From Mobula hypostoma (taxonomy: Eukaryota), in the NCBI RefSeq assembly GCF_963921235.1, contig NC_086101.1:10914001-10978000 (forward strand): a stretch of 64,000 nt of DNA. Direction: 5' to 3'. Shown here in pieces: positions 26,066-39,155 of this stretch. The notes beneath the pieces are model-generated. The model was not told the origin of the DNA and ran no database searches. It was given only the letters and a program-made list of their open reading frames with translations. The position numbers and the translations under genes are program-made. Position 1 is the stretch's first letter, and every line of letters starts with the position of its first letter.

Positions 26066-29000
26066 GGAGGTGATAGAACCGTTCGGAAATAGTGATCATA
26101 ATATGATTGAGTTCAGTTTCAAATTCGAAAAGGAGAAGATGAAATCAGGTGTATCGATATTTCAGTGGAACAGGGGAAATTACAGTGGTATGAGAGAGGA
26201 ACTGGCCCAAATCAATTGGAAAAGTAAGCTAGATGGAGGGACGGTGGAGCAGAATTAGATGAAATTCCTACAAGAAATAAGGAAAGTGCAGGAAAAATAT
26301 ATTCCAAGAAAAAAGAAAATCATGAATGGAAAAATGGCACAAATGTGGCTACCGAGAGAGGTTAACACTAAAATAAAAGCAAAAGAGACCGCGTACAAAG
26401 AAGCAAAAATTAGTAGGAAAACTGAGGACTAGACGACTTTTAAAAACTTACAGAAGGAAACTAAGATAGTCATTAGGAAAGAAAAGATGAATTATGAAAG
26501 GAAGTTGGCAATTAACATAAAAAAGGATTCAAGAGTTTTTTTAAATATATGAAGAGTAAAAGAGTGACACGGGTAGATATAGGACCGATTGAAAATGATG
26601 CTGGAGAAATTATAATGAGTAACAAAGAGATGGCAGAGGAACTAAGTGAGTATTTTGCATCACTCTTCACAGTGGAAGACATTAGCAACATATCTGATAG
26701 CCAGAGGTCTCAGGGAATAGAATTAGGTACAGTCAAGATTACTAGAGAGAAAGTGCTTGGGATGCTAAATGGACTAAGAATAGATAAGTCTCCCAGACCG
26801 GATGAGGTGCACCCACGGGTTCTGAAGGAGGTGGCTTTGGAGGTTGTAGAGGCATTGGAAATGATCTTCCAGGAATCAATAGACTCTGGCATGGTTCAGG
26901 AGGATTGGAAGGTCGTAAATGTAGTTCCGCTGTTTAAGAAAGGAGGGAGGCAGCAAAAAGAAAATTACAGACCTATTAGTCTGACATCGGTAGTTGGAAA
27001 GTTATTGGAGTCGATCCTCAAGGACGAGGTTATGAAATACCTCGAGGTACATGACAACATAGGCCCAAGCCAGCATGGTTTCATGAAAGGAAGATCCTGT
27101 CTCACCAACCTATTGGAATTTTTTGAAGTAATCTCAAATAAGATTGACAAGGGAGAGGCTGTGGATGTTGTGTATTTGGATTTTCAAAAGGCCTTCGATA
27201 AGGTGCCGCATAAGAGGTTGCTTAATAACATGAGAGCTCATGGAATTACAGGAAAGATATGGGAATGGGTGGAGCATTGGCTGATAGGCAGAAAGCAAAG
27301 GCTGGGAATAAAGGGATCCTATTCTGATTGGTTGCCGGTTACTAGTGATGTTCCGCAGGGGTCGGTGTTGGGTCGTTTAATTTTACGATGTATATCAATG
27401 ATTTAGGTTATGGATTAAATGGTTTTGTGGCTAAGTTTGCGGACGACACCAAGACATTAGCTCTTAACACTGTCCTGACACACCTGGAGGGAAAGGGCAC
27501 ATAAGTGTGGATGTTGTTTGTTGATTATAACTCTGCTTTTAATACTGTCATCCCCAGCAAGCTCATCTCCAAACTCCACCAGCTAGGCCTCAGCTCATCA
27601 CTCTGCAACTGGGTCCTGAATTTCTTGTCAGAGCGTTCCCAGGCAGTGAGACTGGGCCTTCACCTGTCCTCCACTACTATCCTCAACACTGGTACACCAC
27701 AAGGTTGTGTATTGAGTCCCATACTCTACTCCCTCTTCACTTACGACTGTGTACCTGCATGTAACGCCAATACCATCGTCAAATTTGCAGATAACACAAC
27801 AGTGATCGGGTTGATCTCCAACAGAGATGAATCAGCATACAGAGCGGAGGTACAGAACTTAGTGAGCTGGTGCTCAGAGAACAACCTGTCTCTTAATACA
27901 GCAAAGACTAAAGAGCTAATTATCAACTTTGGAAAGTCACAGGATAACGAGTATGCTCCAGTCTACATTAACGGAAACATAGTGGCGAGAGTGTCCAGTT
28001 TCACGTTTCCGGGAATACAGATCTCAGAAGACCTTACATGGTCCACTAACACCACTACAATAGTTAAGAAAGCACAGCAATGCTTGTTTTTCCTCAGGAC
28101 GCTGAAGAAAGCTGGTCTCCCTGAACAGATGCTGGTGACCTTTTACCACTGCACCATAGAGAGCATCTTAACATACTGCATCCCTGTGTGGTATCTCAGC
28201 CATACAGCAGCTGATAGGAAAGCACTTCAGCGGGTCGTCTCTAGCGCACAGAAGGTCATCAGGACACAGCTCCCAGTCCTGGAGGACACCTACAGCTCTC
28301 GCTGCCTAAGGAAAGCTACAAGCATCTGTAAGGACAATACACACCCATGCAATCATCTGTTTGAACTTCTTCCATCTGGCAGACGTTATAAGATTTTCTA
28401 TGCCTGCACTTCCAGACTGAAAAATAGCTTTTTCCCCAGAGCTATAATTGCTCTGAACCAATCGATCAAGCATCATCCATAAATTTGTTATATTGCTACT
28501 TTACCAGATTTATGGCTGTCATGCATCTGAGTTGTGCTTTTGTACTGCTGGACATTGCTTGTACTGGCTGGTTACTTGATTTTATTTATTGTTTATTTAT
28601 TTTATTTGTTGTTTTACAGTATTGAGTTTGAGTTGCAAACTCATTTTCACTGTGTTGGTGCATGACAAATTGTACTATGCAGTGACAATAAGGATATTTC
28701 AACTTCAATAGGTGGAGGAGCAGGAAGTGTTGAAGAAACGGAAAGGTTGCAGAGAGACTTGGTCAGTTTAGGAGAGTGGGCAAAGAAATGGCAGATGAGA
28801 TACAATGTTGAGAAATGTAGGGTTGTACATTTTGGAAGAAGAAATAGTCGGGCAGATTATTATTTAGATGGAGAGAAAATTCAAAAATCGGAAGTGCAAA
28901 GGGACTTGGGGGTCCTTGTGCAGGGTACCCTAAAGGTTAACCACCAAGTTGGATCGGCAGTAAGGAAAGCGAATGCTATGTTGGCATTCATTTCAAGAGG

Positions 29001-29615
29001 AATAGTGTATAAGAGTAAGGAAGTGTTGATGAGGCTCTATGGGGCACTGGTGAGACCTCATTTGGAATACTGTGTGCAGTTTTGGGCCCCCTATTTTAGA
29101 AAGGATATACTGATGTTGGAGAGAGTTCAGAGAAGATTTACGAGGATGACTCCTGGAATGCAGGGGCTAACATATGAGGAGCGTTTGTCGGCTCTTGGAC
29201 TGTATTCATTAGAGTATAGAAGAATGAGAGGGGATCTCATAGAAACATTTCGAATGTTGAAAGGGTTGGACAGAGTACATGTGGCAAGGCTGTCTCTCTT
29301 GGTGGGTGTGTCCAAGACAAGAGGCCACAGTTTTAGAATTAGAGGGTACCCATTTAAAACAGAGATGAGAAAAATTTTTTTAGCCAGAGGGTCGTGGAAT
29401 TATGGAATTCGTTGCCACGTACAGCTGTGGAGGCCCGATCATTGAGGGTGTTTAAGGAGGAGATTGGTAGGTATCTAATTAGTCAGGGTATCAAAGGATA
29501 TGGGGAAAAGCCTTAAATTGGAACTAGATGGGAGAATAGTTTAGCTCATGGTGGAGTGGCAGAGCAGACTCTATGGGCCGAATGGCCTACATCTGCTTCT
29601 TTGTCTTGTGATCTT
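26066..29615 (+). mobile_element. CR1 LINE ORF2 (26066-27454 and 28708-29615), split by Rex1
   Basis: ORFs 26549-27406 and 28747-29445; KFADDTK|IGGGAG rejoins across the insert. Confidence 0.92.
27455..28707 (+). mobile_element. 5'-truncated Rex1/Babar LINE; RT C-terminal ORF 27505-28482 (325 aa) is open
   Basis: [75 protein letters not shown]; 3' UTR ending tgacaataa. Confidence 0.88.
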
Positions 29616-29940
29616 GTGGAACTGGGTAGCATAGTCAGAAATGACCAAAATATAACGTAAACCAGAGCTGCTTTTCTCTAGAGGGCCTACAATGTCCATA
29701 GCAATACGTTTGAATGGGGTAGATGGGCAAAGGCTGTAGTGAGACTCTGTCCATGTGTCGGATGTGGCAGGTCTTTTGGCACTCATGGTAGAAAGTACAA
29801 TATTGCTGGGCATCAGCATACATAGATGGCCAATAGAATCTGTGGCTTACTCTCAGGTAGGTTTTCTGCTGACCCAAATGACCAGCTCAGGGGATGGTAT
29901 GTTCAAGATGTAAAATAAGGGGACTGGAACGGGTGGTTCC
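29616..29940 (-). mobile_element. Gypsy integrase fragment (Zn-binding region and start of core)
   Basis: GHLGQQKT..RV.HRFYWP..Y.D...C...HECQK and PFKRIAMDIVGPLEKS..G.RYILVI.DYAT. Confidence 0.8.
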
Positions 29941-30244
29941 TACCAATTGGTTGTCAGGGGTATCCGCCAGATATAAGATGTCATTTTCCATCATGTAGTT
30001 ATATTTACAGCTAAAGGAACCCTTGTCATTCTCCCGCTTCACCAGAGTATACAGAGGAGCCAGAGATGGATCTTCTCACTGTATGTATGTGGAGACCTGC
30101 CATTGATCTGTGGTGAGGGTTGTGGTGTTCGGTGGTTGTCAGATGCACCTAATGCTTTGTCCAGGCGGTGTTCCTGACGTGATTTACATGGCCCTTTCTT
30201 ACCCCCTTCAAATAAGCTCCACCCACATGGTTTTAAACTCTGAA

Positions 30245-30925
30245 ATTAAAAAGGTATACAGTGCATTGGCCTTCATCAATCGTAGGATTGAATTTAACAG
30301 CTGCGAGGCAATGTTGCAGCTATATTGGACGCTGTTCAGATCCCATTTGGAGTACTGTGCTCAATTCTGGTTGTCTCACTACAAGAAGGATGTGGAAACC
30401 TTAGAAATGGTGCAGAGGAGATTTACAAGGATGTTGCCTGGATTGGGGAGCATGCATTATGAGAATAGGTTGAGTGAATGTGGCCTTTTCTCCTTGGAGT
30501 GACTGAGGATGAGAGGTGACCTGAGTGAGGTGTACAAGATGATGATAGGCATTGATTGTGTGGATATTCAGAGGCTTTTTCCCTGGGTTGAAGTGGCTAG
30601 CATGAGAGGGCATAGTTTGTGGAACTTTGTGGAAAAACGAAGAAGAAATTGGTGGGATCCCGGATGAGATACTTAAAACATTAAACACAGAACAGAACAG
30701 TACAGCACAGTAACAGGCCGTTCAGCATGGAATCCTGGGTAAGATGGCCAACTGGATACCTCACCTCACCTCACTACAGAAAGGATGTGGATACTATAGA
30801 GAGAGTGCAGAGGAGATTTCCAAGATGTTGCCTGGACTGGAGGGTGTACCGTATGAGAATAGATTGAGTGAATTTGGTCTTTTCTCCTTGGAGCGATGGA
30901 GGATGAGAGATGACCCGATTGAGGT
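30245..30925 (+). mobile_element. Two short CR1 RT C-terminal fragments
   Basis: ALAFINR..LEYCAQFW..QRRFTRMLPGL motifs at 30245-30620 and 30770-30925. Confidence 0.75.
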
Positions 30926-31476
30926 GCATTTGTGTTATGCACATGTCAGCTAATTATTGTTTCATTGTGATAGTATTTAACTCCATTCATTCCATCGTAG
31001 TATTTGCCAAGACTTGAACAGAACACAGCAACACTTCACTGCCTGCATTCGGCCTTGCCTGAGAAATTGGACTGTCGAGTCAACTGAGGCCCACTTTCAG
31101 GCGCGGGCAGCGTCGGTGCGGGAGCAAGGAGTGCTCGAGGTTGACGGACGACTGGAGATCGGAGGATCGAAGGATCAATCGTTGTAGGTAGGCTGAGGAA
31201 GATCGGGACTACCTAGGCATTACCTGAGGAGGAAGGTAAAACTGCACAGGTGCGGGTGACGTCAGCAGCGAGTGCGGAGTTTAAAAAGAGGCCCACTTTC
31301 AGGTGCGGGCAGCGGAGTGCACGGGAGCAGAGTGCTGGGCTTTGGCTCAGTGGGTTTCGGCGTAAGGGGGTCTTCGGTGAGAGGTAATCAGTGAGCCTGA
31401 GTACGTGCTTGCTGAGGAAAAAAGGTAAGGTCGGTAGGTACTTTTTCATTTTTTCTGATTAATCTGGGATCAGGTA

Positions 31477-32418
31477 ATGGGGAAGATAGTTCGAGCAGTG
31501 GTGTGCTCCGTATGCAGTATGTGGGAGGTCAGGGTCAACGCAGTTGTCCTTGATGACCACACCTGCAGAAGGTGCATTCAGCTGCAGCTCCTATCGGAGC
31601 AAGTTAGGGAATTGGAGCTGGAGCTGGATGAACTACGGATCATTCGGGAGGCAGAGAGAGAGATAGGTAAGAGTTATCAGGAGGTAGTCACACTGAAAAG
31701 ACGGGAGGTAGGCAACTGGGTGACTGTCAGGAGATGGAGGGGGAGCAGGCAGAGAGAGCAGAGCACCCCTGTGGCCATTCCCATCAACAATAAGTATACC
31801 ATTTTGGATACTGTTGGTGGGGATGACCTACCAGGAACAAGTGGCAGTGGTCCTGTCTCTGGCACTGAGGTTGGACCCTCGACTCAGAAGGGGAGGAGGG
31901 AAGAGAGGACAGCGGTAGTGATAGGGGATTCTATAGTCAGGGGGGCAGATAGGAGATTTTGTGAGGGAGATCGGGAGTCTCGGATGGTATGTTGCCTCCC
32001 CGGTGCTGGGGTCTGGGACATCTCAGATCAGGTGCAGGTTATTCTCGAGAGGGAGGGCAAGAATCCAGATGTTGTGGTCCATGTAGGGACCAACGACATG
32101 GGTAGGAAGAGTGAGGGGGTCCTGCGTAGTGAGTTCAGGTAGTTAGGTGTGAAGCTGAAGGGCAGGACCTCCAGGGTAACAATCTCAGGATTGCTACCTG
32201 TGCCACATGAGGGTGAGGCGAGGAACAGAAGGATTATACAGATCAATACATGGCTGAGAGGATGGTGCAGGAGGGAGGGCTTCAGGTTTTTAGATAATTG
32301 GGCTTTGTTCCAGGGAAGGTGGGATCTGTTCCGACGGGACGGTTTACACCTAAACTGGAGGGGTACTAACATTCTTGCAGGAAAGTTTGCTAGTGCTGCT
32401 TGGGGGGGTTTAAACTAA
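31477..32418 (+). pseudogene. CR1 ORF1p: zinc finger, leucine zipper and SGNH esterase; internal TAG at 32140-32142
   Basis: CSVC...CRRC, LSEQVRELELELDEL, VIGDSIVR, VHVGTND, DGLHLN. Confidence 0.9.
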
Positions 32419-32714
32419 ATTTGCAGGGGGCAGGGATCCAGAATGTGAGAGAGGATTGTGAGATGAAGTATAAAGGACAGGTGGGGACTACAGGGTTCCG
32501 GAATATTAAGTGTGAAGTAGAGAAAGGTGAGGCGGAACGAGTGATAAGGAGGATACATGTGCAGAGGGATGGTCTGACAGAGCATGGAGTTAAATGTGCA
32601 GAAAGAGTAAGTAAATTTAAGAAGGACAACAAAATTCAAGGGGCGTATAGCCTTGTGAGAGTTCGGGGAGCTGGGTTATGCACAATAGGCAGCGATTTAA
32701 ACAGAGAGGAGAAA

Positions 32715-35531
32715 TGGGTTAAAAATTCTATATCTGAATGCACGAAGTGTCAGAAATAAGGCGGATGAGCTTGAAGCTCAGGTGTGAATGGGTAGCTATG
32801 ATGTTGTTGGGATAATGGAGACATGGCTGCAGGGCGATCAGACCTGGGAATTGAATGCACAAGGGTATACGTGCTATCAAAGGGACAGAAAGGTGAGCAG
32901 AGGGGGTGGGGTGGCCCTGTTGGTGAGGAATGAGATTCAGTCCTTTGCAAGGGGGAACATAGAATCAGGAGAAGTAGAGTCAGTGTGGATAGAACTGAGG
33001 AACAGTAAGGGCAAAAAGACCCTAACAGGTGTTATCTACAGACCCCCAAACAGTAGCATGGATATTGGGTGCAAGTTGAATAGGGAGTTAACAATGGCAT
33101 GTGGCAAAGGAAATGTCGCAGTAGTTATGGGGGATTTCAACATGCAGGTGAACTGGGAAAATCAGGTTGGTACTGGACCCCAGGATAGGGAGTTTGTAGA
33201 GTGCCTATGGGATGCATTTTTGGAGCAGCTTGTCCGAGAGCCGACCAGGGATAAGGCTATTCTGGATTTAGTGTTGTGCAATGAACAGGATTTGATAAGT
33301 GATCTTGAAGTAAAGGAGCCATTAGGAGGTAGTAACCATAATATGATAAGTTTTTATCTGCAAGTTGAGAGGGATAAGGGCAGATCAGAAGTGTCAGTAT
33401 TGCAGTTGAACAAAGGAGACTATGGAGCCATGAGGGAGGAGCTGGCCAAAGTTGACTGGTCGGATATCCTAGCAGAAAAGACAGTGGAACAGCAATGGCA
33501 GGTATTCTTGGGAATAATGCACAAGGTGCAAAATCAGTTCATCCCCCGGAGAAGGAAGGATTCAAAGGGGGGAAAATGGCCACAGTGGTTGACAAAGGAA
33601 GTCAGAGATAGCATAGCATTAAAAAAGAAGAAGTATAACAGAGCTAAGGTGAGTGGGAAGACAGATGATTGGGAAATTTTTAAGGAGCAACAGAACATAA
33701 CTAAAAAGGCAATACGGGGAGAAAAAATGAGGTATGAACGCAAGCTAGCTAGGAATATAAAGGAGGATAGAAAAAGTTTTTTTTTAGGTATGTGAAGAGA
33801 AGGAAGATAATTAAGAACAATGTTGGGCCCTTGAAGAATGAATTGGGAGAAATTATTATGGGAAACAGAGAAATGGCAGACGAATTTAAGAAGTATTTTG
33901 GATCTGTCTTCACTAGGGAAGACACCAGCAATTTCCCAGATGTATGGATGAGCCAAGGACATAGGGTAACAGAGGAACTGAAACAGATTGACATTAGGAA
34001 GGAAATGGTGATGAGTAGACTGATGGGACTGAAGGCTAACAAATTCCCAGGTCCAGATGGTCTGCATCCTAGGGTACTAAAGGAGGTGGCTCTGGAAATT
34101 GTGGATGCATTGGTGATCATTTTCCAATGTTCCTTAGATTCAGGATCAGTTCCTGAGGATTGGCGAATGGCTAATATTATCCCACTTTTTAAGAAAGGAG
34201 GGAGGGAGAAAACAGAGAACTATCGCCCTGTTAGCCTAACATCAGTAGTGGGGAAGAAGCTAGAGTCCATTATTAAAGATGAAATAGCTGTATATCTTGA
34301 TAGCAGTGATAGGATTGGGCTGAGCCAGCATGGATTTACCAAGGGCAAATCATGCTTGACTAATCTATTGGAGTTTTTCGAGGATGTAACCAGGAAGATA
34401 GACGCGGGAGATCCAGTGGATGTGGTGTACCTTGACTTTCAGAAGGCATTTGATAAGGTACCACATAGGAGATTGATGGGTAAAATCAGAGCTCGTGGCA
34501 TTGGGGGGAGGATATTGACATGGATAGAAAACTGGTTGGCAGATAGAAAGCAAAGGGTAGCAGTGAATGGGTGTTTCTCGGAATGGCAGGTGGTGACAAG
34601 TGGGGTGCCACAGGGCTCGGTATTGGGACCACAGCTGTTTACAATTTCCGTCAATGATTTAGAGGAAGGCATTGTGAATAACATAAGCAAGTTTGCTGAT
34701 GATACTAAGCTGGGTGACAGTGTGACATGTGATGAGGATGTTAGGAGAATTCAAGGTGACTTGGATAGGCTGGATGAGTGGGCAGAAATTTGGCAGATGG
34801 CGTTTAATGTGAGTAAGTGTGAGGTTATTCACTTTGGGAGCAAGAACAGGAAGGCAGATTATTATCTGAACGGTGTGGAGTTAGGTAAGGGAGAAATACA
34901 AAGAGATCTAGGAGTACTTGTTCATCAGTCTCTGAAGGTGAATGAGCAAGTGCAGCAGGCAGTGAAGAAGGCTAATGGAATGTTGGCCTTTATTACAAAG
35001 GGAATTGAGTACAAGAGCAAGGAAATCCTTTTGCATTTGTACAGGGCCCTGGTGAGACCACACCTGGAGTATTGTGTGCAGTTTTGGTCTCCAGGGTTAA
35101 GGAAGGACATTCTGGCTGTGGAGGAGGTGCAGCATAGGTTCACTAGGTTAATTCCTGGGATGTCCGGACTGTCTTATGCAGAGAGGTTAGAGAGACTGGG
35201 CTTGTACACGCTGGAATTAAGGAGATTGAGGGGGGATCCGATTGAGACATATAAGATTACTAAGGGATTGGACAAGATAGAGGCAGGAAATATGTTCTAG
35301 ATGCTGCGAGAGTCCAGTACCAGAGGGCATGGTTTAAGAATAAGGGGTAGGTCATTTAGGACAGAATTGAGGAGGAACTTCTTCTCCCAGAGAGTTGTGG
35401 AGGTGTGGAACGCGCTGCCTCAGAAGGCAGTGGAGGCCAATTCTCTGGATGCTTTCAAGAAGGAGCTAGATAGGTATCTGATGGATAGGGGAATCAAGGG
35501 TTATGGGGACAAGGCAGGAACCGGGTATTGA
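32715..35531 (+). pseudogene. CR1 ORF2p (APE endonuclease + RT), broken at about 32785, 33780 (poly-T) and 35298
   Basis: YLNARSVRNK, ETWL, YRPP, GDFN, SNH (for SDH), RT ORF 33792-35300 with KFADD. Confidence 0.92.
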
Positions 35532-36467
35532 TAGTAGATGATCAGCCATGATCTCAGAATGGCGGTGCAGGCTCGAAGGGCCGAATGGTCTACTTCTGCC
35601 CCTATTGTCTATTGTCTAGACTAGTTGTTCTTTTCAGCCGCAGTTTATGCTTCGTTTACCATTTGAGTGTTTCAGTTAACGGCCCTGTTTGGCCTCGTGT
35701 TTATTGTTTTCTTTTCCCTTTAACACTGTTCGCATTAAAGTCTGTGAAATATCGACCCGTTTCAGTGTCTCCCGCTCTGCACTTGGGCCATGTCCGCACC
35801 GGGTGACCGAGAAAACCTACCGTTGGTTAGAAATGTTCCCTACATTTCTAAAGTGAGGTGGGGGCTCAGTGCTGAACCTGGTAACTTGTTCCCACCTTGC
35901 GTGGAGAGGCCAAGGACAGTTTTTCTCAGGCTGTTGGGAGTGGGGTTGGTGAACATTGGTGCTGAGGACAGTGCGGGAGGGGATGCTCACAGCTTCCCAC
36001 AAATGGAAGAACTAACACCACTCTCTCCCCCTCTTCACTCCACCACTACCTCGCTCCCCCTCTCCACACCCACTCCCTCTCCTCCAGCTTCTCAGCCTCT
36101 TGACTCTTCTGCTGAGATGAGAGTGATTCACTGCACTCTGCTGTTACTGAACGGGAATTGTCATCTCACTCCAGGGTAATTATCACAAAATCTTGTTTGA
36201 TTATGTTTCTTTATCTCACAGACACATGGAATCAAAAGATAAAGCATTTTATATTTAGTAACTTGTGAAATTGTTCACACTACTTAATTGCAATGAATGA
36301 ACTATCCTTGAAAGTGAGATTATAGATGTATGTAATTACAAAAAAGTTTTCAAGTGCCTCTTATTTGGTTAAAAATTATAAATAGCTGACTTTTGTATGT
36401 ATTTGTGAGATGGATGAAATGTATGACAGCATAATGTATCACATGCACCACACACACACACACACAC

Positions 36468-36592
36468 AATTTTGTGGATGCTGGAAATCTGGAGTAACAC
36501 AGCAAATGCTGGAGGAATTCTGAGAGGTCAGGCAGCATCTATGGAGAAGAATTAGAAGTCACTGTTTTGGGCTGAGACCCTTCATCAGGACT
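36468..36592 (-). mobile_element. Penelope-type 3' terminal fragment with a degenerate hammerhead core
   Basis: Minus strand cctgatgaagggtctcagcccaaaacagtgac...gatgctgcctgacc; adjoins (CA)n at 36448-36467. Confidence 0.7.
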
Positions 36593-37307
36593 CCAGTGGT
36601 CCTGGATTCCTACGATTCCTTGCTGGACCTTTCTCCTTTTCACCCGCATTGCATTTGGTGGCTCAGACACACCCTGTATAGGAATCCCTTCCCCAGCAGT
36701 GTCTGAATGGTGGAACACCCTCCCCAGCAACACTGGGAGACATTCACCAGAGGTAACTGGGCAGTTCAAGGAAGCAAAACATCACCACATCCTCCAGAAT
36801 AATTGATGTACCAATCTTGTAAATTGAGAAAGTAAAGTTTGGTTTGCATCCAGCAATATTTGTGAGGCCAGGTCATCATTAGGCTCTGTGCCAAGGTCAT
36901 GGCGTATAAATTATATGATATTTGTAAAGGAATGTTAAACAAGCAGTGAACAGCAAGCCAGGAACATCGTGTTCAAACGCCCTTCACTGTAAAATCTGCA
37001 CATTTTGGGTTCTGTGCACCCGAAAGTCGACCTTCCATCCAAAAGCTTTTCCTCAGTGCACTCTGCCTTTAGAGAACACTGTAGGTTTTTGCAAATAAAA
37101 ATGGTGAAGGCATTTTGTGCTTAAGAAAAGCTGTAACAACTCCTTTATTATACTCCAAACACTGAACACAAAGTGTGATTAAAAAAAACTTTATGTAATT
37201 GCATCAGACCAGCCTCTGAGAGTGAAACTCAATGTTGGTTGTTCTGAGTTATGTACATTTTCCCCAATTACATTACCCTACACAGCAACCCCCCCCCCCA
37301 CCCCCCC

Positions 37308-37308
<1 letters not shown>

Positions 37309-37358
<50 letters not shown>

Positions 37359-37371
37359 ACACACACACACA
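37309..37371. repeat. (CA)n microsatellite preceded by poly-C
   Basis: Direct observation. Confidence 0.95.
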
Positions 37372-37489
37372 AAAACACAATTCCCTACAAGCGGCTTTGT
37401 GAGCCTGTCTGGAGCTCAGACGAGCCAACAGCCCGGGGTCTATGTTCTGTCAGTGCAGCAACAGGGCCTTCGGCTTGTCCAGAAGTGGT

Positions 37490-37694
37490 GTTAACACGCT
37501 AATGGTCATGCTCTCCAAATCTTGATGGGCTGGTTTAAGATGATTTACCAAAATATATTCAGGTTTACCCCTCTTATCTGAGTTGAAAGTCTTCTCTCCC
37601 AATTCCAAAATGCAGAATGGGCCATCATAAGGGGGTGGAAGGGGACGTTGGTGTGTATCATGGCAGATGAAAACCAACAAGGTGGAATGTAGGT
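37490..37694 (-). mobile_element. Gypsy integrase C-terminal (GPY/F) fragment, similar to the CsRn1-like element
   Basis: VFICHDTHQRPLPPPYDGPF.IL..GEKTF..D.RGK.E.I.VNHLKPAH parallels 6110-6265. Confidence 0.7.
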
Positions 37695-38197
37695 CTACGG
37701 CCAAGAGCCTTGTAATGTAAGGCATTCTATTTCTCCCTTTCTGATGACATAGCCCAGGAATTGAAGTTTCCTCTCATTTAATGTTCTCATTAAAGATCTG
37801 TTTGTATGGACAAGTTGGAGTACTGTCTCATTAGTTACCCTATTTCTATATGGTTTTTTCAGCATTTTTCTAAGAAACCACATTTCTGTTGCTTCTAACT
37901 TTCTTTGGAGTTCTGTTGTTATGGTCCATGTTTCAGAAGCATACAGCAAAACTGACCAGATGTAACATTTTATTAGCCTAAGCCTTGTTGTCAAAGAGAT
38001 GTGTCTGTTGATAAAAATGGGTTTCATTTTTTGGAAGTTGGTTTTGGCAATGGCAATTCTTCTTTTTATTTCTACTTTACTTCTAGCATCTTGTGATATA
38101 AAGCCACCAAGGTAATTAAAGCTGGTCCTTTGTTCAATCTCTTGCTACCGATGTACAATTGGCAGTTGGGAGTATCCTGCTGTTTTGATATTACTAT

Positions 38198-39057
38198 TGT
38201 TACGAGAATACACATAAAATTAAGATGTTTGCTGGCCTGGGCTAGCATCAGTGGCATCAGCAGTTGGTCTGCCACCTGCCCTCAGGGGAAGGAGAGATAA
38301 GGAACAATGGAGCAGCGTCTGGAGATGTGTAATGAAGGGACGTGGGAGAGAGAGCTGTCTGGAGCGGCTCCCCCTTTGAACCCTGAACTGTTTGAAGTGG
38401 TGGACAGGCGATACCCCAGCAGGGGGATAAAAAGGGACAGGTTCACTAAGACTGACACACACGCCACCCGAGGTAACGAGACCCTGGAAGCGGTGCGCCT
38501 CTCACGAGTGGGTGAGAAGTATCAGACAACGACAAGGGTGGAAAGGTACGATCAGCGGGAACCCGGTGTGTGTCCGCCCTTGCCTGGGTGCCGGGTTCAC
38601 TGCAGAGGATCGACCGCATCTGGAGGAGGGGTCACAGTCGGTGACCTCAGGTGACATCACCAAGGACCCGCCCAAAAGTTGCTTGTGAGCCATCCCGCTG
38701 GTCTGTGAGTGAAGCCGTTCTGAATGATCAGTTGTTCCTGTTCTCTCTGTCTCTCTTCCCCCACCTTGTCCATCGCCATGGCAACGATTACTGCGAATTG
38801 AACTACTAACTGGACTGAACTTTGAGTCATTTTGAAATTGGTCATTTACCCCTAGACAACGATAGAGCTTGATTGATGCTGTTATCTTACTTCTGTGCAC
38901 ATGTGTGTTTATCATCACTGAACTGTTGCATTTATTATCCTTTCGATTACTGTGTTGCTTGTTTCTTTAATAAAACTTTCTTAGTTCTAGTACTCCAGAC
39001 TCCAACTGAGTGATCCATTTCTGCTGGTTTGGCAACCCAGTTACGGGGTACGTAACA
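38198..39057 (+). repeat. 5' LTR (860 bp)
   Basis: TGTTAC...GTAACA; GATAAAA TATA-like box near 38426 and AATAAA near 38969. Confidence 0.95.
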
Positions 39058-39061
39058 TAAG

Positions 39062-39079
39062 TGGGGGCTCGTCGGGGAT
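39062..39079 (+). promoter_or_regulatory. Primer-binding site, tRNA-Pro
   Basis: TGGGGGCTCGTCGGGGAT versus the canonical tRNA-Pro PBS TGGGGGCTCGTCCGGGAT (1 mismatch). Confidence 0.9.
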
Positions 39080-39155
39080 TTTGAACGCTAAATTTGGGAC
39101 GGAGTAAATTGATTGGGTTAAAATTCCCGAAAGAAAGAAAAGACAAACAGCAGAA

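Larger units (their letters stand above)
31087..35617 (+). mobile_element. Full-length CR1-clade LINE (5' UTR, ORF1, ORF2, 3' tail), inactivated by a few stops and frameshifts
   Basis: GC-rich 5' UTR, ORF1 31477-32418, ORF2 about 32715-35531, (ctattgt)n tail. Confidence 0.95.
30926..35807 (+). repeat. LTR of the family seen at 43668-44863, split by the full-length CR1 into 30926-31086 and 35618-35807
   Basis: Segments match 43670-43953 and 44700-44863; ends gggtgacc (family end gggtgaca). Confidence 0.75.

Noticed and set aside
38072..38918. Duplicated small ORFs (e.g. 138 aa at 38502-38918 and 42471-42887) as genes
   Set aside because: They lie inside the two LTRs, which explains the duplication; no recognisable domains.
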